Source of the DNA: Octopus bimaculoides
Taxonomy: Eukaryota
Reading direction: 5' to 3'
DNA: 64,000 nt
NCBI RefSeq assembly: GCF_001194135.2
Contig: NC_068988.1
Span: 81,341,658 to 81,405,657 of the forward strand
Below, piece by piece: positions 49,790 through 63,921 of this stretch; position 1 is the first letter of the stretch, and the number at the start of each line of letters is the position of its first letter. Below the pieces are notes generated by a model that saw only the letters and a program-made list of their open reading frames with translations, had not been told where the DNA came from and made no database searches. Both the position numbers and the translations under genes were made by a program.

Positions 49790-50217
49790 TGTTGTTTCAG
49801 GTTCAATTCCAATGTGTGGCTCCCTTGGGAAAGTGTCTTCTATTACCCTTGTTCAATCAATACCTTGTGAGTGAATTTAATATATGGAAACTGTGTGGAA
49901 GCCCATTATACCATACACACACACACACACACATATAGAAGGGTTAGGGTTTATCCATTCACACATAACACCCATATATACATGTGTTTATGTGTGTATC
50001 TTTGTGCTTGTGTTTGTCCTCATTCCATTGCTTGACAACTGGTGTTGGTTTATTTATGTCCCTGTAATTTTATGGTTTGGTGAAACAGTCCAATAGAATA
50101 ATTACCAGACTTTGAAAAATAAATACTGGCATCAGTGGGGCCAATTTGTTCCACAAAACACTTCAAGGCAGTGTTCCAGCATGGACTGAAACACATGAAA
50201 GATAAAAGTGATAAAAA
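49790..50217 (+). mobile_element. SINE family 3, older copy
   Basis: caggttcaattccaatgtgtggctcccttgggaaagtgtcttc ... gataaaagtgataaaa. Confidence 0.7.
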
Positions 50218-51384
50218 TATTGAGCCATCATTCACAGGACAGGCCATGCTGGAGTATCCTGCATATTTGTACTACGAAACTGCTAGTGGCTGCTTAACCT
50301 GCTAGAAATGATGGTAATATCTCTCTCAAACAACACCCTACTGTCTTCAATAAGGAATGAACACAATGAATAAGGCTGTCCTAGACATGTCTGTCAAATA
50401 ACAGGATGGTCAGAGATGGACTGTCGTTGACATAGGTCTACTTGGTCAACAGCATGCACCAAAATGATTTAATGGAATGTTTTCAGAGATTATATTTAGA
50501 AACATGGCTATATTTAATACATTAGAGATAAAAAAAATGATCGAGATAGTTGACTACATTTCCTCTTTACATCATACACAATTTACATATTTAACAATTA
50601 TTTTACTTTAAGGCATTGGGCAGTCTAATATATTCACAGTATTCAACATTGTTACTGAAAAGATGTTTTTTTTTTCCATTTTTTGTTTTTTTTACAATAT
50701 GATGGCGTTATTAGACATTGAAATCAATGAAATACAGTGATAAGTTCTTGTTTACAAACCTTAGGATATTTTTAGCTTTGATGATTGATTTTTTTTATCT
50801 GATACACAAAATAGAGTATTGTTTGCACATTTATAAAGCCAGTTCTGTGAAAGGTATAAACAGAGTTACCAGAATAATACAGGCGTAAGTAATGAAAGGA
50901 AATATTGAAGCTATTCCTCAGTATTTAGCTGTTTTGGGAAACAAAGTCTCTATATAATAATAGTCAATATAAACGTTGGTTGGTTGGTTGACTTCTCCAC
51001 ACTTTACAACACGTACAGAGACAGGGAATGAATGTAAAACAGAAATACAGAGAGAGTTAATATAAGAAGTATTAGATGAGTGCACATACCATGCTGGATG
51101 GCAGGCAGTGAGTAAAAGAATGTCCTCGCCATCACACATAAAGAATCATAAAGGCAGAGAAGCAGGAGGCAAAGAAAGAAGAGAAAGAGGAGGGATGTAA
51201 ATGCAGAGTAGTTATGGAGGGAGTTATACAAATGGAAAATTTGTTCTAATTTTTTTTCAAAATAATAAATATTTATTCTTTTGAAAATTAATATTCATTT
51301 CACCAAGAAATTTCTTGATATTACCCATGGTGGCAAAAGAATATTTCCTAAAATATTTGTCATATGACAAGTAACACTCTAGTA

Positions 51385-52324
51385 TATGAGGAGGTATCCA
51401 AAAATAATGGAAATGTTCTCTGTGGGACAAACCCATTGTAGTTCAGGCTTCCACCACTAGAAGCCACTTGATGCAACCCTCATGCATCAGTCTGTTGACT
51501 GGTGTCATTTGGTGAAATCATACTGCCACATGGTGCATCTTTGTTTTGCAGTGCTTCTCTCCTATTTGTTGTATTTTGTGATGGCTGAAATGAAAGAACA
51601 GCATGCTTGTGTGAAATTCTGTTTACCACTGGGGAAAATAGCAGCCGAAACAGTTGTCATGCTTCAAACAACTTACAAGGATGCTGCTATAAGCAAAACA
51701 CAAGTTAATGAGTGGTGTCCATGCTTTAGAATGGCAACTTGCTGGTTGAAGACCAACCTCATTGATGACCGTCGACTTCCTGAATGAATGAAAGCATTAT
51801 GAAATTCTTTTTACCACTGGGGAAAATGGCAGCTGGAACAGCTGTCATGCTTCAAACAGTTTACAAGGATGCTGCCATAAACATATCAATAAATATGACT
51901 GGTGTGTGCTGGAGCTCCAGCCAACGAATTTTGAGCGAGGAATTGTGAAGGAAAAGAGTTGCAGCAAAATTTGTGCTTTGCTTGCTCAAAGAAGATCAAA
52001 AGCAGTCACAACTGAATGCTTATCATGAACTGAAAGAACAGTTGGAAGTTGATCTGGACATTTTTTTGAAGGTCGTCACTGGTGATGAAAGCTGGTGCTA
52101 TGGAATTTACAGATGTGGAAGAGGTAAGAAAAAAAAAACGATAGAGGTGTTAAAAGGCATCACTTCACATGAGTTGCGGTAATGCTTCGAATAGTGGAAA
52201 ATGCACCTGAACCAATGCATTGCTTCAAATGGAGAGTATTTTGAAGCTGAAAAAAGTGTAAACATGTTAAACAAAGTGAATAAAATAATATTACAAAGTT
52301 CTGATTTCTTTTGGGTACCCCCCT

Positions 52325-52326
<2 letters not shown>
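51385..52326 (+). mobile_element. Internally deleted mariner with a duplicated N-terminal segment
   Basis: TIR-like ends gaggaggtatccaaaaataa / ttcttttgggtacccccc; EQHACVKFCLPLGK present twice; VTGDESWCY. Confidence 0.8.
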
Positions 52327-52379
<53 letters not shown>

Positions 52380-52380
<1 letters not shown>

Positions 52381-52560
52381 TGGCTATGTGGTATGAAGCT
52401 TGCTACCCAACCACATGGTTCTGGGTTCAGTCCCACTGTGTGGCACCCTTGGTAAGCATCTTCTGCTATACCTCAGGCCGTCCAAGGTCTTCTGGGTGGA
52501 TTTGGTAGATGTAAACTGAAAAAGGAAGCCTGTTGTATATGTGTGTGCGAATGTATGTGT
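52380..52560 (+). mobile_element. SINE family 3, 5' part
   Basis: catggctatgtggtatgaagcttgctacccaaccacatggttctgggttcagtccc. Confidence 0.75.
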
Positions 52561-52569
52561 GTTAAGTAC

Positions 52570-53962
52570 ATTTAAGAATGACAGTAAGAAAGTGAAAGAG
52601 TCTATAGCTATTGAAGTGAGAAGTAAGTTCATAGACACAAGAAAGATGACAATACCAGTTTGTAGTCAGTCATACACGATAGTTGAAATACTGTATAAAA
52701 AAGTTGCAGCCATGATGCTGAGCCCATTACAAGTACATGTCATACATGAAGTCGTGTCTGTGATGCTGCTGCCTGGTCACTTGTACAGGAGTTCATGCAG
52801 GTTGTATATTCGCTGTTGATCCATGAAATAATTCATGAACAGTGAACTGTTGGAACCTGGGTGAATTGCTTGTTGAGCTGTGTACGTAGAGAGATGATGT
52901 TGACGATGTTGAGAAGGACATGATAGTGTCGACAAAGATGGAGGTTGCCGTAATGCTGTTGGATGAAGTTGGTAAGTCTCAACGTAGCTGTTGTGGTGGT
53001 GGTATTGTCTGGTATAGTTGCTGGAACTGGCTGTGTCCTCGTGGTCAGTGGCTAAACCTTAGAAGGTCTGGAACTAAAGATCTTGGAATGAGAAAAAACT
53101 GAGTTTTTATAAGTTGAAACAGGACAGTAACAGGCTGTCCCACATGATCCTATTTAGAGCTTCCGACTGGTTATATATGGCAAGTTGGTGCAATTGAGTA
53201 TGAGACAAATTGCACCAATTCCAACCATTCAGAGTAATGGACACAATGGGATCCGAATAGCAGCCAAAGGCTAGCTATTCCCTGCTATGTTTGAATGCAT
53301 GTTTATATAATAAATGGGAGAGAGGAATTTTACCTGAGTCTACGATACAATGAATATATATTATCCAAATTTTATAGTATTAAATATCCGTCATGACTGA
53401 TCTTACCAATTGGTTTTGTGTAAAGAATACAATGGAATGTTAGGTAACAATCTGATTATATAACTTCATGCTCATCAGAGTTAGCTGATAAGGAAGGGAA
53501 TATGTCGACTGTTCTCTATTGTTGGAGGTGGATTAGCACAACCGGTCAGCAGCTGCTGTGAAAAAATGGTGAAATGAAAAAGAGTCCAGAAGATTGGGTT
53601 AGGGGTTATGTCTCTTAGCTGGGTATGCTGTGAAGCTGGCAAGAGCTATCTTGAAGTGGGGATAGTATGTATTATTAATGTGGTGCCCCTGCAGGGGGTG
53701 GGGTGTGTGATACGGGGTGTGTGATACGGGGTGTGTTGTATGTGTAGCGGTGTCATATGTATAAATTTTCCCGGGGGTGTAGGTGTATATAGCTGTGTTT
53801 CTTGGTCTGTTTTCTTTCTGTAAAGGATAAAGTCATGGGGGGGGGGTCGAGATGGTTATATTAGTGTGTGGTGTGTAATGTATAATGTATGTGTGTGTTG
53901 GAGTCTGTGTATATGTGGGGATGCAATAAATGAATAAACATTTGAATGAATATTCATATAGA

Positions 53963-54010
<48 letters not shown>

Positions 54011-54050
54011 CATTAGCAGTAAATATATAAATAATCAATAATATCAACGG
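52570..54050 (-). mobile_element. Possible decayed PLE remnant
   Basis: Weak ITDTTSC...LYSIS...QTG similarity to PLE endonuclease; strand-biased composition. Confidence 0.25.
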
Positions 54051-54063
54051 CCATATTTATTAT

Positions 54064-54101
<38 letters not shown>

Positions 54102-55212
54102 GTGTGTGTGTGTGTGTCTGTGTTTGTTTGCCACTACCTCTTGACAACAAGTGCTGGTGTGTTTACACTCCCATAACTTAGTAGTTTGCCAAAAAAGATT
54201 GACAGAATAAGTACCAGGCTTTTAAAAAAATAAGTACTAGGGTCAGTTCAGTTGACCAAAAATTCTTCAAAATGGTGTCCCANNNNNNNNNNNNNNNNNN
54301 NNNNNNNNNNNNNNNNNNNNNNNNNNNNNNNNNNNNNNNNNNNNNNNNNNNNNNNNNNNNNNNNNNNNNNNNNNNNNNNNNNNNNNNNNNNNNNNNNNNN
54401 NNNNNNNNNNNNNNNNNNNNNNNNNNNNNNNNNNNNNNNNNNNNNNNNNNNNNNNNNNNNNNNNNNNNNNNNNNNNNNNNNNNNNNNNNNNNNNNNNNNN
54501 NNNNNNNNNNNNNNNNNNNNNNNNNNNNNNNNNNNNNNNNNNNNNNNNNNNNNNNNNNNNNNNNNNNNNNNNNNNNNNNNNNNNNNNNNNNNNNNNNNNN
54601 NNNNNNNNNNNNNNNNNNNNNNNNNNNNNNNNNNNNNNNNNNNNNNNNNNNNNNNNNNNNNNNNNNNNNNNNNNNNNNNNNNNNNNNNNNNNNNNNNNNN
54701 NNNNNNNNNNNNNNNNNNNNNNNNNNNNNNNNNNNNNNNNNNNNNNNNNNNNNNNNNNNNNNNNNNNNNNNNNNNNNNNNNNNNNNNNNNNNNNNNNNNN
54801 NNNNNNNNNNNNNNNNNNNNNNNNNNNNNNNNNNNNNNNNNNNNNNNNNNNNNNNNNNNNNNNNNNNNNNNNNNNNNNNNNNNNNNNNNNNNNNNNNNNN
54901 NNNNNNNNNNNNNNNNNNNNNNNNNNNNNNNNNNNNNNNNNNNNNNNNNNNNNNNNNNNNNNNNNNNNNNNNNNNNNNNNNNNNNNNNNNNNNNNNNNNN
55001 NNNNNNNNNNNNNNNNNNNNNNNNNNNNNNNNNNNNNNNNNNNNNNNNNNNNNNNNNNNNNNNNNNNNNNNNNNNNNNNNNNNNNNNNNNNNNNNNNNNN
55101 NNNNNNNNNNNNNNNNNNNNNNNNNNNNNNNNNNNNNNNNNNNNNNNNNNNNNNNNNNNNNNNNNNNNNNNNNNNNNNNNNNNNNNNNNNNNNNNNNNNN
55201 NNNTATAAGGTG

Positions 55213-55445
55213 TTATTTCTTTACTACCCACAAGGAGCTACACACAGAGGGGACAAACAAGGACAGACAAACGGATTAAGTCGATTATACCGACCCCAGT
55301 GCGTAACTGGTACTTATTTAATCGACCCCGAAAGGATGAAAGGCAAAGTCAACCTCGGCGGAATTTGAACTCAGAACATAGCGGCAGATGAAATACCGCT
55401 AAGCATTTTGCCCGGTGTGCTAACGATTCTGCCAGCTCGCCGCCT
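55213..55445 (-). mobile_element. tRNA-headed SINE family 1
   Basis: Full body; partial TSD tataaggtgt on both sides. Confidence 0.9.
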
Positions 55446-55564
55446 TAGTAGTATAAGGTGTGTTATGAGAATTTATAGAACAAGTATTCTATAGAGACTC
55501 AACAAACTGTTAAAGATGGAGAAGAGAAGATGTTGAAAATTTGGAAAAAATTTAATCCATGCTT

Positions 55565-55674
55565 GTAATCATTTCAAACAGCAATATTAACATGTAAATA
55601 ACATGGTAGAAAAATTAGAAATTAATTTAATTAAAATTAAATTAATTACATATCACTGTTCTCCTCAGTCCGAA
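55565..55674 (-). ncRNA. Degenerate hammerhead with an 11-bp stem II
   Basis: CTGAGGA-gaacagtgata..tattgctgttt-GAAA-TGATTA-CA; cleavage triplet mutated, stem I not seen. Confidence 0.35.
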
Positions 55675-56675
55675 AAAAGGATACATCAAAAAAATAATAT
55701 TGTTACAGAAGGCTTGATGGAGTGAGTATCACAAAACATATTCAGATTTACATATTATCCTTATGAAAGATTAAGAGCATGCTAAGATAGTGTTGTTGAG
55801 ACTAGTTGTGTATGAACTAAAACTGAAGCAGCTAACGGTTATTTGAAAATATAAGTGAAAGATGTTTAAGAAACATTTCCTCTATATGAAAATAAGTAAT
55901 TAAGTGATATACACTCTATATAAAGCATTTATCATAAGAAGTGAAATATAATATATATGAGCGTCCAATGGGACAGCATAGCTATATTTGATTTGACAGT
56001 TATAAGTGATATATAAGAAATATTAAGTATGGTGTATATTTAAAGAAATTATTTTAAAAAAGAGAATTTCTCATGTGTGAATAAGAAATAGAAAGTAGTT
56101 AATATAGTTTTATTTAAGCTCCTTGAATTCCAAACAAAAAAAGATAGAGCTGTGAGGGAGTACTTAATAGTTTTATATAATGGGAAAAAATCTTTTTAGT
56201 ATAAAAACTTATATTCATTTGTGTGAAATAAATACAGGATAAAGAAATAAAGATAGAAGAATAGTTGTTAATTTTACAGAATTAAGAAAGAAAATACTTG
56301 CTGTGACTAAGAATATTGAAAAAAAAAAACCGTTTAATGATAATGAAGTATTTTTGAGAGGTTGAGAAAAAAAAAACAATGTAAGGGAGATAAGGCTGAG
56401 ACAAAGTCGTAATTTTCTATATTTTGTAGGGTGACTATGTTTTTGTATAAATAATAAAAATTGCAATGAGTTGAGTATCTAGCTTGGCATAAAGGGGATG
56501 AGAAGTCTATAGTAATATTATATAAATAATTGTCTAACTTATATAAGGTAATGGTGAATGTGAATATAAGAAAATTATTTTAAATTTATTTATGGAGTAA
56601 TAGGGGCGAAAATATGTCTATTAAAATTATGAGAAGTAATTCATATATTAAAATTCCTATCAAAGAAAAGAATAT

Positions 56676-56710
<35 letters not shown>

Positions 56711-57977
56711 ATACTGATACATTTACAGGGAACAAATCTACGAGAAAAAGTGTACGTGGGACTACATATTCTAGCAATATTTAGATTATTTTATTTCAAA
56801 TTGAGGGTGGATGTGGCAGATAGGACACTATACAAGGATAATGAGCATACTTATACTGGTGTAAAGATATGAACAAAAATAATATATAGGTATCATTATA
56901 AATTAAAATTATAGTTACAATTACCCACACATATGAGAGGGAGATGTTATTATATGCAATAATATATACATACATGTATATTTTATATATTCATTTGTAT
57001 GTATGAACATATAGTGGTGTATATATTTATATGTATATATATATATATACATTTGTATATATGTGTTTATGAATGTAGGACATGTATATGTCTAATCATT
57101 TTATAAATAAAATATAGAATATAAAATATTAATCAGTGTTAATATATAGTTAAAAAGCATTAATAGCAATAATAATAATAATGATGATGATAAATAAATA
57201 ATAATAATAATAAAATGATGATAATACTACAAATCTGTTTAGATGTATAACACAAAATGATAAATAAAAAACGATATCTATAAGAGTGCATACATTTTGT
57301 GGAAGAGTTTGTTGTGCACCAAGAATTATTATATATATAAGCATATATCATCTGTAAGATGTAATTAATATCAGGTAGGTTGGCAAGAAACCCTAAACAA
57401 TAAAAATTGGGATAGTTAAGAGAGGTAGTTTTTCAAAAATACATATTATACAAATGGAATAGGTTACAAAGAAGAAGGAAGAAAAGATGGGGAAAATATA
57501 TATATAAGGGCAAATTTGACACTGAAATAGTATTATAAGTGTTTGCATATATCATTAGTAAAAAGTAAATAAGTATCATACAGATTGGCAAAAGGCAATT
57601 AAGATAAATAATAATTATTATTGGAATAGGTAAGAGAAAGTTGTATCTGAATACATATTGTAAAGGAAATAAATTACAGAAAAAGTAATGTATATATATA
57701 TCAATGAAAGGACCAAAAAAAGGGTCTAATATATATTGAGAGAAAGGGAGGTATATGAAGATTTCTAGAGATGTTATATCAATATAAGGAAGGTCATACA
57801 ATTATAAGGGTGGGGGGGATAGTTGAGTAATAAATAAATATCCAAGTAGTATAAGATAATTAATGTAGAGAGTATTATAAGAATAAAAATCTGATACCAT
57901 AGATAGAAATAATATGCAGAGAGGCATTTTAACAAAAAAATTAATTATCATAAAGAGAAAGGAAAAGATAAAAAGAG

Positions 57978-58737
57978 TTAAGGTAGGGCACGGGGGTGGG
58001 GAGAATTATTTACGTAATTTTGACATATGTCTGCAAGAAAAACTTTTTTCTCTCTAGAATTAAGAAGGAGACCTTTCATTTTCATTATTTTATAACTTTC
58101 TTCCAGGCATAATTTACAGATCTTGCTATGTTTATAAGATGGGGCTGAAGATAGTATTTTCCAAGAAATTGAGTAATCTATATTGCTTCTTTTTGGATAC
58201 ACCTGTGCTATTCTCTTTTCTAGGGTCATTAAAGGATGATTTATAACTATTCTTAATTTCAAAGAATCCTGCATACACCTGATTTAGAGAAATTATGGGC
58301 AGTAATTGTTGCTTGGTATCCTACATCTTTCATTTTACAATTTCCATCTACTTTACAGGTACTTGGGTTTCTACAATTACAATTTGAATAATTAGTTAGT
58401 ACTATGTTGTTATGTTTATATGTATTAGGGGTAATTGAGTTTTGGTTATTCTGATAATTGTAGTTATTAGATTTAGAATTATTAGGATTACTAGGTATAT
58501 TAGAAGAAGTTTTTTTAATAATAGAATTGGTATAGTTTCTTATTGTTAAATGAAGAGATGATCCTAAATAGGTTTGGAGATACTGAAAATCCAAATCTGA
58601 TTTTTTTGATATCAAATATTTTTGAATATTTAGAGTTTTTAAACTTTTTTTTAATAATATTTCTAATGGATTTAATAAAATTGGATTTTAGATGTTTTGC
58701 AAAAGGAATTATGATCCAAATGGTGTTATTGTTGTTT
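57978..58737 (-). pseudogene. Penelope-like element RT thumb/linker plus GIY-YIG endonuclease
   Basis: TIWIIIPF, FSVSPNLFRIISSFN, CNCRNPSTCKVDGNC...VGYQATI, YSISWKILSSAPSY..CKLCLEES..LLNSRE. Confidence 0.85.
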
Positions 58738-59359
58738 NNNNNNNNNNNNNNNNNNNNNNNNNNNNNNNNNNNNNNNNNNNNNNNNNNNNNNNNNNNNNNN
58801 NNNNNNNNNNNNNNNNNNNNNNNNNNNNNNNNNNNNNNNNNNNNNNNNNNNNNNNNNNNNNNNNNNNNNNNNNNNNNNNNNNNNNNNNNNNNNNNNNNNN
58901 NNNNNNNNNNNNNNNNNNNNNNNNNNNNNNNNNNNNGTGTGTTGGTTTAATGTTCTTATTTCTATCTATAATTAATTATTTTCAGTGTTTATTGTCAGTA
59001 TACTTGGGTTTAATTACCTTATTAATAGTGTAGTTGGTGATTTGTGACTTGGTGAAATTAGTGTTATTTATTCTTTTAGTGCGGTTATGGTTGTGGTGCT
59101 CATATTGATAATGTTTATTATTATGTTTATTGTTGTTGTAAGATTTGTCTATTGCTAATGTATTGCTGATGATTATTATTGAGAGATTTTGATAGTTTGT
59201 CAGGGTTTACTAATTCACCAGTTGATTTAGTTTCACTAATATTGTCTTTGTTGTTGATATCTAGATAATTTTTGAAATAATTAGAATTGGTGCTATTGTT
59301 TTTATTGTACTTAATTTGATATTTGTATTCTGCCTTCTTAAGTGCTAGATTATAGCTAC

Positions 59360-59402
59360 TCCAGACTGATGAAGAGCAATAACACTGGAACTAGTCTTGG
59401 GA
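59360..59402 (+). ncRNA. Degenerate minimal hammerhead
   Basis: tccaga-CTGATGA-ag..ct-GGAA-C-TA-G-TC-ttggga; palindrome ACTAGT; one core change (GAAA to GGAA). Confidence 0.45.
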
Positions 59403-59688
59403 TGCTGGTTTTGCTGGGTGGAGGTGCTTATCTCCCCTGATGGAAAACTTAAGGACAAAGATCGCTTGTGCCACATAGCCAACTGGAAATGATGTTCCCT
59501 GGGGCTAAATAGCAGTAGCATTCTTCCCTTTCCTGGGACTGTCACATTAGGTTGGCAACAAACCATCACTTTATTATACTGCGACTATATAAATCTCTCT
59601 GAAAGATTTAGAAATGTATTATTTCTAGATTATAGTTGTCTTTATGTTTGTTAAAAATTTCTTCATTAAATGATGATAAGTTGATTTC

Positions 59689-59732
<44 letters not shown>

Positions 59733-59739
59733 ACCTCTT

Positions 59740-60045
59740 GAGTGTTGGGCCTCACAGAGACGATGACAAATGACTGAGACTTTTGGCAGTATGCTGTGCT
59801 TGAGAAGAAAACCCATCAAGCCAATTGTGACATATACTAGTGCATGCAACTGGCACCAGTGCCAGTGACATGTAAGAGCACCCATTACACTCTAGGAGTA
59901 GTTGGCATTAGGAAAGGTATCCAACAGTAGAAACATGCTAAATCAGACTGGAGTCTAGTGCAGCTCCTCAGCTTACCATCTCTGGTCAAACTATCCAACC
60001 TATGCCAAAATGGACAATGGACGTCAAATGATGATGATGATAATA
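59740..60045 (+). mobile_element. RTE 3' UTR fragment with (GAT)n tail
   Basis: Similar to 27700-28137. Confidence 0.7.
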
Positions 60046-60419
60046 TAATTGGCTCTTTTTTCAACCAGCATGGTTTCATCCTATTTCAAGGTTTGCTATA
60101 AAGACAACATACAACACTTCAAATATTTTTCTGAAACATTCAAAATCTCCTGAAAAGTTACACAATATCTTCCTTGAACTCACATGTATGGCATTTCTAA
60201 ACAAGCATTCCTAACATGATGCTATCAGCACTGATCAGTATCTGATTCTCTAAGAAAATTATGTCTGACTCACATTTGTACATGTTTAAAAATTTTACAA
60301 ACAGAAACATCCAAGATTACTTCACAGATGTACTTATCAAAACACTACAACCACTTTTAGGCTTCTACTACATTTTCTACCACAACTTCTACTTACTTGA
60401 ACCAGCAAGCTGCATGATA

Positions 60420-61885
60420 CCTCCACCTAAATTCATTATAATTTGTTCACATCTACCTAAATTCATTATGATTTATCCTATCTCAACTAAATTCATCACA
60501 ATTTACCCATCTACAACTAAATTCATTATAACTTAGCTTCATCCTTTAAATTCATTGCAAAATACCTATCTAAATTCATTAAAATTTACCCACCTCCAAC
60601 AAAATTCATTTCAGTTTATCCACCTCCATCCAAATTTATTATAATCTACCCATCATTCAAAATTCATTAAATTTACCAACCTTGTTCGAAATTCGTTAAA
60701 ATTTTACCCACCTCTAACAAAATTCATTGTAATTTGCCCATCTTCACCTAAATTTTCTCTAATTTATATTCTCCACCTAAATGCACAATAATTTAGCCAC
60801 CTCTACTCAAATTCATTATAATTTACCCACCTCCAACTAAATTCATTAAGTTCACCCACATTCACCTAAAATAATTATAATTTACCCACCCTTCACTAAA
60901 TGCATGATAATTTACCCACCTCTACTCAAATCCATCGTATTTGCCCACCTTCGACTAAATTCATTAAATTTACTCACCTTCACCTAAATTCATCATAATT
61001 CATCCATCTTCGCTGACTTCCATTATAATTTATCTCCAATGCCTAAATTCATTATTATTTACCCATTTCCACATAAATTCATTATGATTCACTCACCTCC
61101 ACATAAATTCATTATGATTTACACAACTTCTGCTAAATTCATCATAATTTACCTCCACCTAAATCTATTATAATTTGCCCATATTCACCTAAATTCATTA
61201 CAATTTACCCACCTTCATCCCAATTCATTATAATTTACCTGCCTTCACCTAAATTTATTATGAGTTACCCACCCTTCTAAATTTCTTAAACTTACCCATC
61301 TTACTCTGAATTCAATATAATTCAGTCATCTCCACTTAAATTCACTACAATTTAGCCACCTCTACTCAAATTCATTATAATTAACTCACCTCCAACTAGA
61401 TTCATTAAGTTTACCAGCCTGCACCTAAAATCATTATAATTTGCCCATTCTCTTCTAAAGGCAGTCTAATTTACCGACCTCGAACTAAATTTGTCATAAT
61501 TTATCCACCTCTACTTAAATTCCTTATAATTTTTCCCACACCTAAATTCATTATAATTTCCCCACCTTTATCTAAATTCATTATAATTTACTCACCTCCA
61601 CCCAAATTGATTAAAATTTACCCTCCTTCTCTTCATTATAATTTTTCCACCTTCCTTCAATATATCATAATTTACTCATCTCCACCAAAATTCATTAAAA
61701 CTTATTCACCCCAATCAAATTCATTTTAGTTTACCCACCTCCAATTACATTAATTAAAATTTACCCACCTCTATTAATTTCATTATAATTTTCCCATCTA
61801 TCCTAAATTTATTATAATTTACCCTCCACCTAAATTCATAAAATTTACCTATTCTCTCTTAAATTCATTATTATTTACACCCCCC
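60420..61885. repeat. ~30-bp minisatellite, roughly 48 diverged units
   Basis: Consensus close to taaattcattataatttacccacctccacc; copy number estimated from span. Confidence 0.92.
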
Positions 61886-62409
61886 CCACCACCACCTTAG
61901 ATCCTCTTCTTGAAAGACCAAATGAATAACCTCAATGAATCCATCAAGAATGATCTATGAACTGAATATTAACTTCTCTGATCTCACCACTAAGTGAAAA
62001 CCTATACTCAGTGAATATTAACCTTAGTGATCTTGCTATTATGAGAGGGCCTTTTTTAATTGCATATTAACCTCAGTCTTTCCATTTAATGAAGACCTGT
62101 ATTAACTGTCATTAACATTTGATGGCCTATGCTGGTCATGGATGTTGCTCCTCACTAATTAATATTCAAAAATATATGGAAATCTAGGTTAAAATATTCA
62201 AAATAATTCTAATTAATTTCACTTCGTATTTATAATTATCTGGAAAGATTTTCTGGAAAAAATATTTTCTGCTAAACCATATTGATAACGAAGATAATGT
62301 TGGGGTTGATGAAGATGCAAGGGGCTTTTGGAAAAGAGTATATATAAGGTGATAGCATTATGCAGGCATTGTGTGGAGGTTGGTGCATCTATTTGTGGTT
62401 GGGTTTTGG

Positions 62410-62600
62410 TGCGATAGATTTTCAGTTGCATATCAGGTCGGTACAGGTGCAACTGTCTGGTTGAGAAATATACTGTCTAATCACATGATATCAGGTCCAG
62501 TCCTGTTGTGCAAACATCTTGGACAAGTGTCTTCCACTACAGTCCAAGGCTGGCCAAAGTCTTGTAAGTGGATTTGGTAGATAGAAAGACAAAGAAGCCC
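62410..62600 (+). mobile_element. SINE family 3, decayed
   Basis: ttggacaagtgtcttccactacagtcc..gtggatttggtagatagaaagacaaagaagccc. Confidence 0.6.
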
Positions 62601-63429
62601 TTTGTTTGTGTGTGCATGTGTCTGTGAGTTTGTGCAGGTGTGTGTGCGCGAATATGTGTGTATGTGTGAGTGTGTGTGTGTGTGTGAGTGCATGTGTGTG
62701 TGCTTGTGTGTGTACATGTGTGTGTGTGTATGTGATGTTTCTGTGTGCATGTGCATGTGTGTATGTGCATGCATGTGTGTGTGTGTGAATATCATGTAAT
62801 GGTTATAAATGAGCATCGTCATTATACAAACAATGTTTGCTTCCAGTTTCTGTGAAAGACATATTTGGTCATCTGGAAATATTACCTTGCTTGGAAACAA
62901 GTGAGACTTGACAAAAGGAAAGCCATCAGACTGAAGAAAACCTGCTTCAACAAATTCAGCCTGACCCATGCAGGCATGGGAAAGTGGACATTAAATGATA
63001 ATGATGGTGATATAACTGTCAGGTTATTCCACAGCCCACCTCTCTCCCACCGATTCCAGCTCTAGTTTATGTTTCTAATGATAGAATTGGTAGTAGTTCT
63101 CTAACAGTCACTGGAAGTTTAACAGGATTAGGTTGCAAATACATAAATCCACAACAAGAAATAAAATTGTTTCAGCTAAAACATACAATTTATTTATGTA
63201 TTTCCCTACAGAAAATATATTGAAAGTAGTTCACCTTCATTGATCAAACTGAAATCATAACTGTAGATGATACACTGTGCTAAATATCTTGTGATATTTA
63301 CTTTCATCCTACTATTTTCACCCTACCACTTTCATTCAATAACATAGTAGGTTCAATCCCAGTTTGTGTTAACTACGTTTTTCATTTCCCTGGGTTACTG
63401 GGTCAATAAAATAATATTGGTTTCAAATT

Positions 63430-63600
63430 TTGGCACAAGGCCAGTAATTTTTGTTGGGAGTGTGTAAGTTGATTATATCGACCCCAGTGCTCAACTGATA
63501 CATATTTTATTGACTCTGAAAGGACGAAAGGTAAGGTCAACCTCAGCATAATTTGAATTCAGAATGCAAAGTCAGAAGAAATGCTGCTAAACATTTTTTC
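63430..63600 (-). mobile_element. SINE family 1, decayed variant
   Basis: Similar to 13205-13413. Confidence 0.6.
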
Positions 63601-63739
63601 TGAGGTGTGTGTAATGTATGCATGTATGTATTGTATGTATTTATGTCTGTCTGCCTGTCTGTCAGTCTATCTGTCACTCTAACAGCTTATCTGTCTGTTT
63701 GCCTGTCTATCAACCAACCTATTTACTTTTCTGTCTGTC

Positions 63740-63749
63740 TGTGTGTCTG

Positions 63750-63807
<58 letters not shown>

Positions 63808-63813
63808 GATCTG

Positions 63814-63873
<60 letters not shown>

Positions 63874-63921
63874 ACTATCTATCTATCTATCTATCTGTCT
63901 ATCTGTCTATCTATCTATCTG

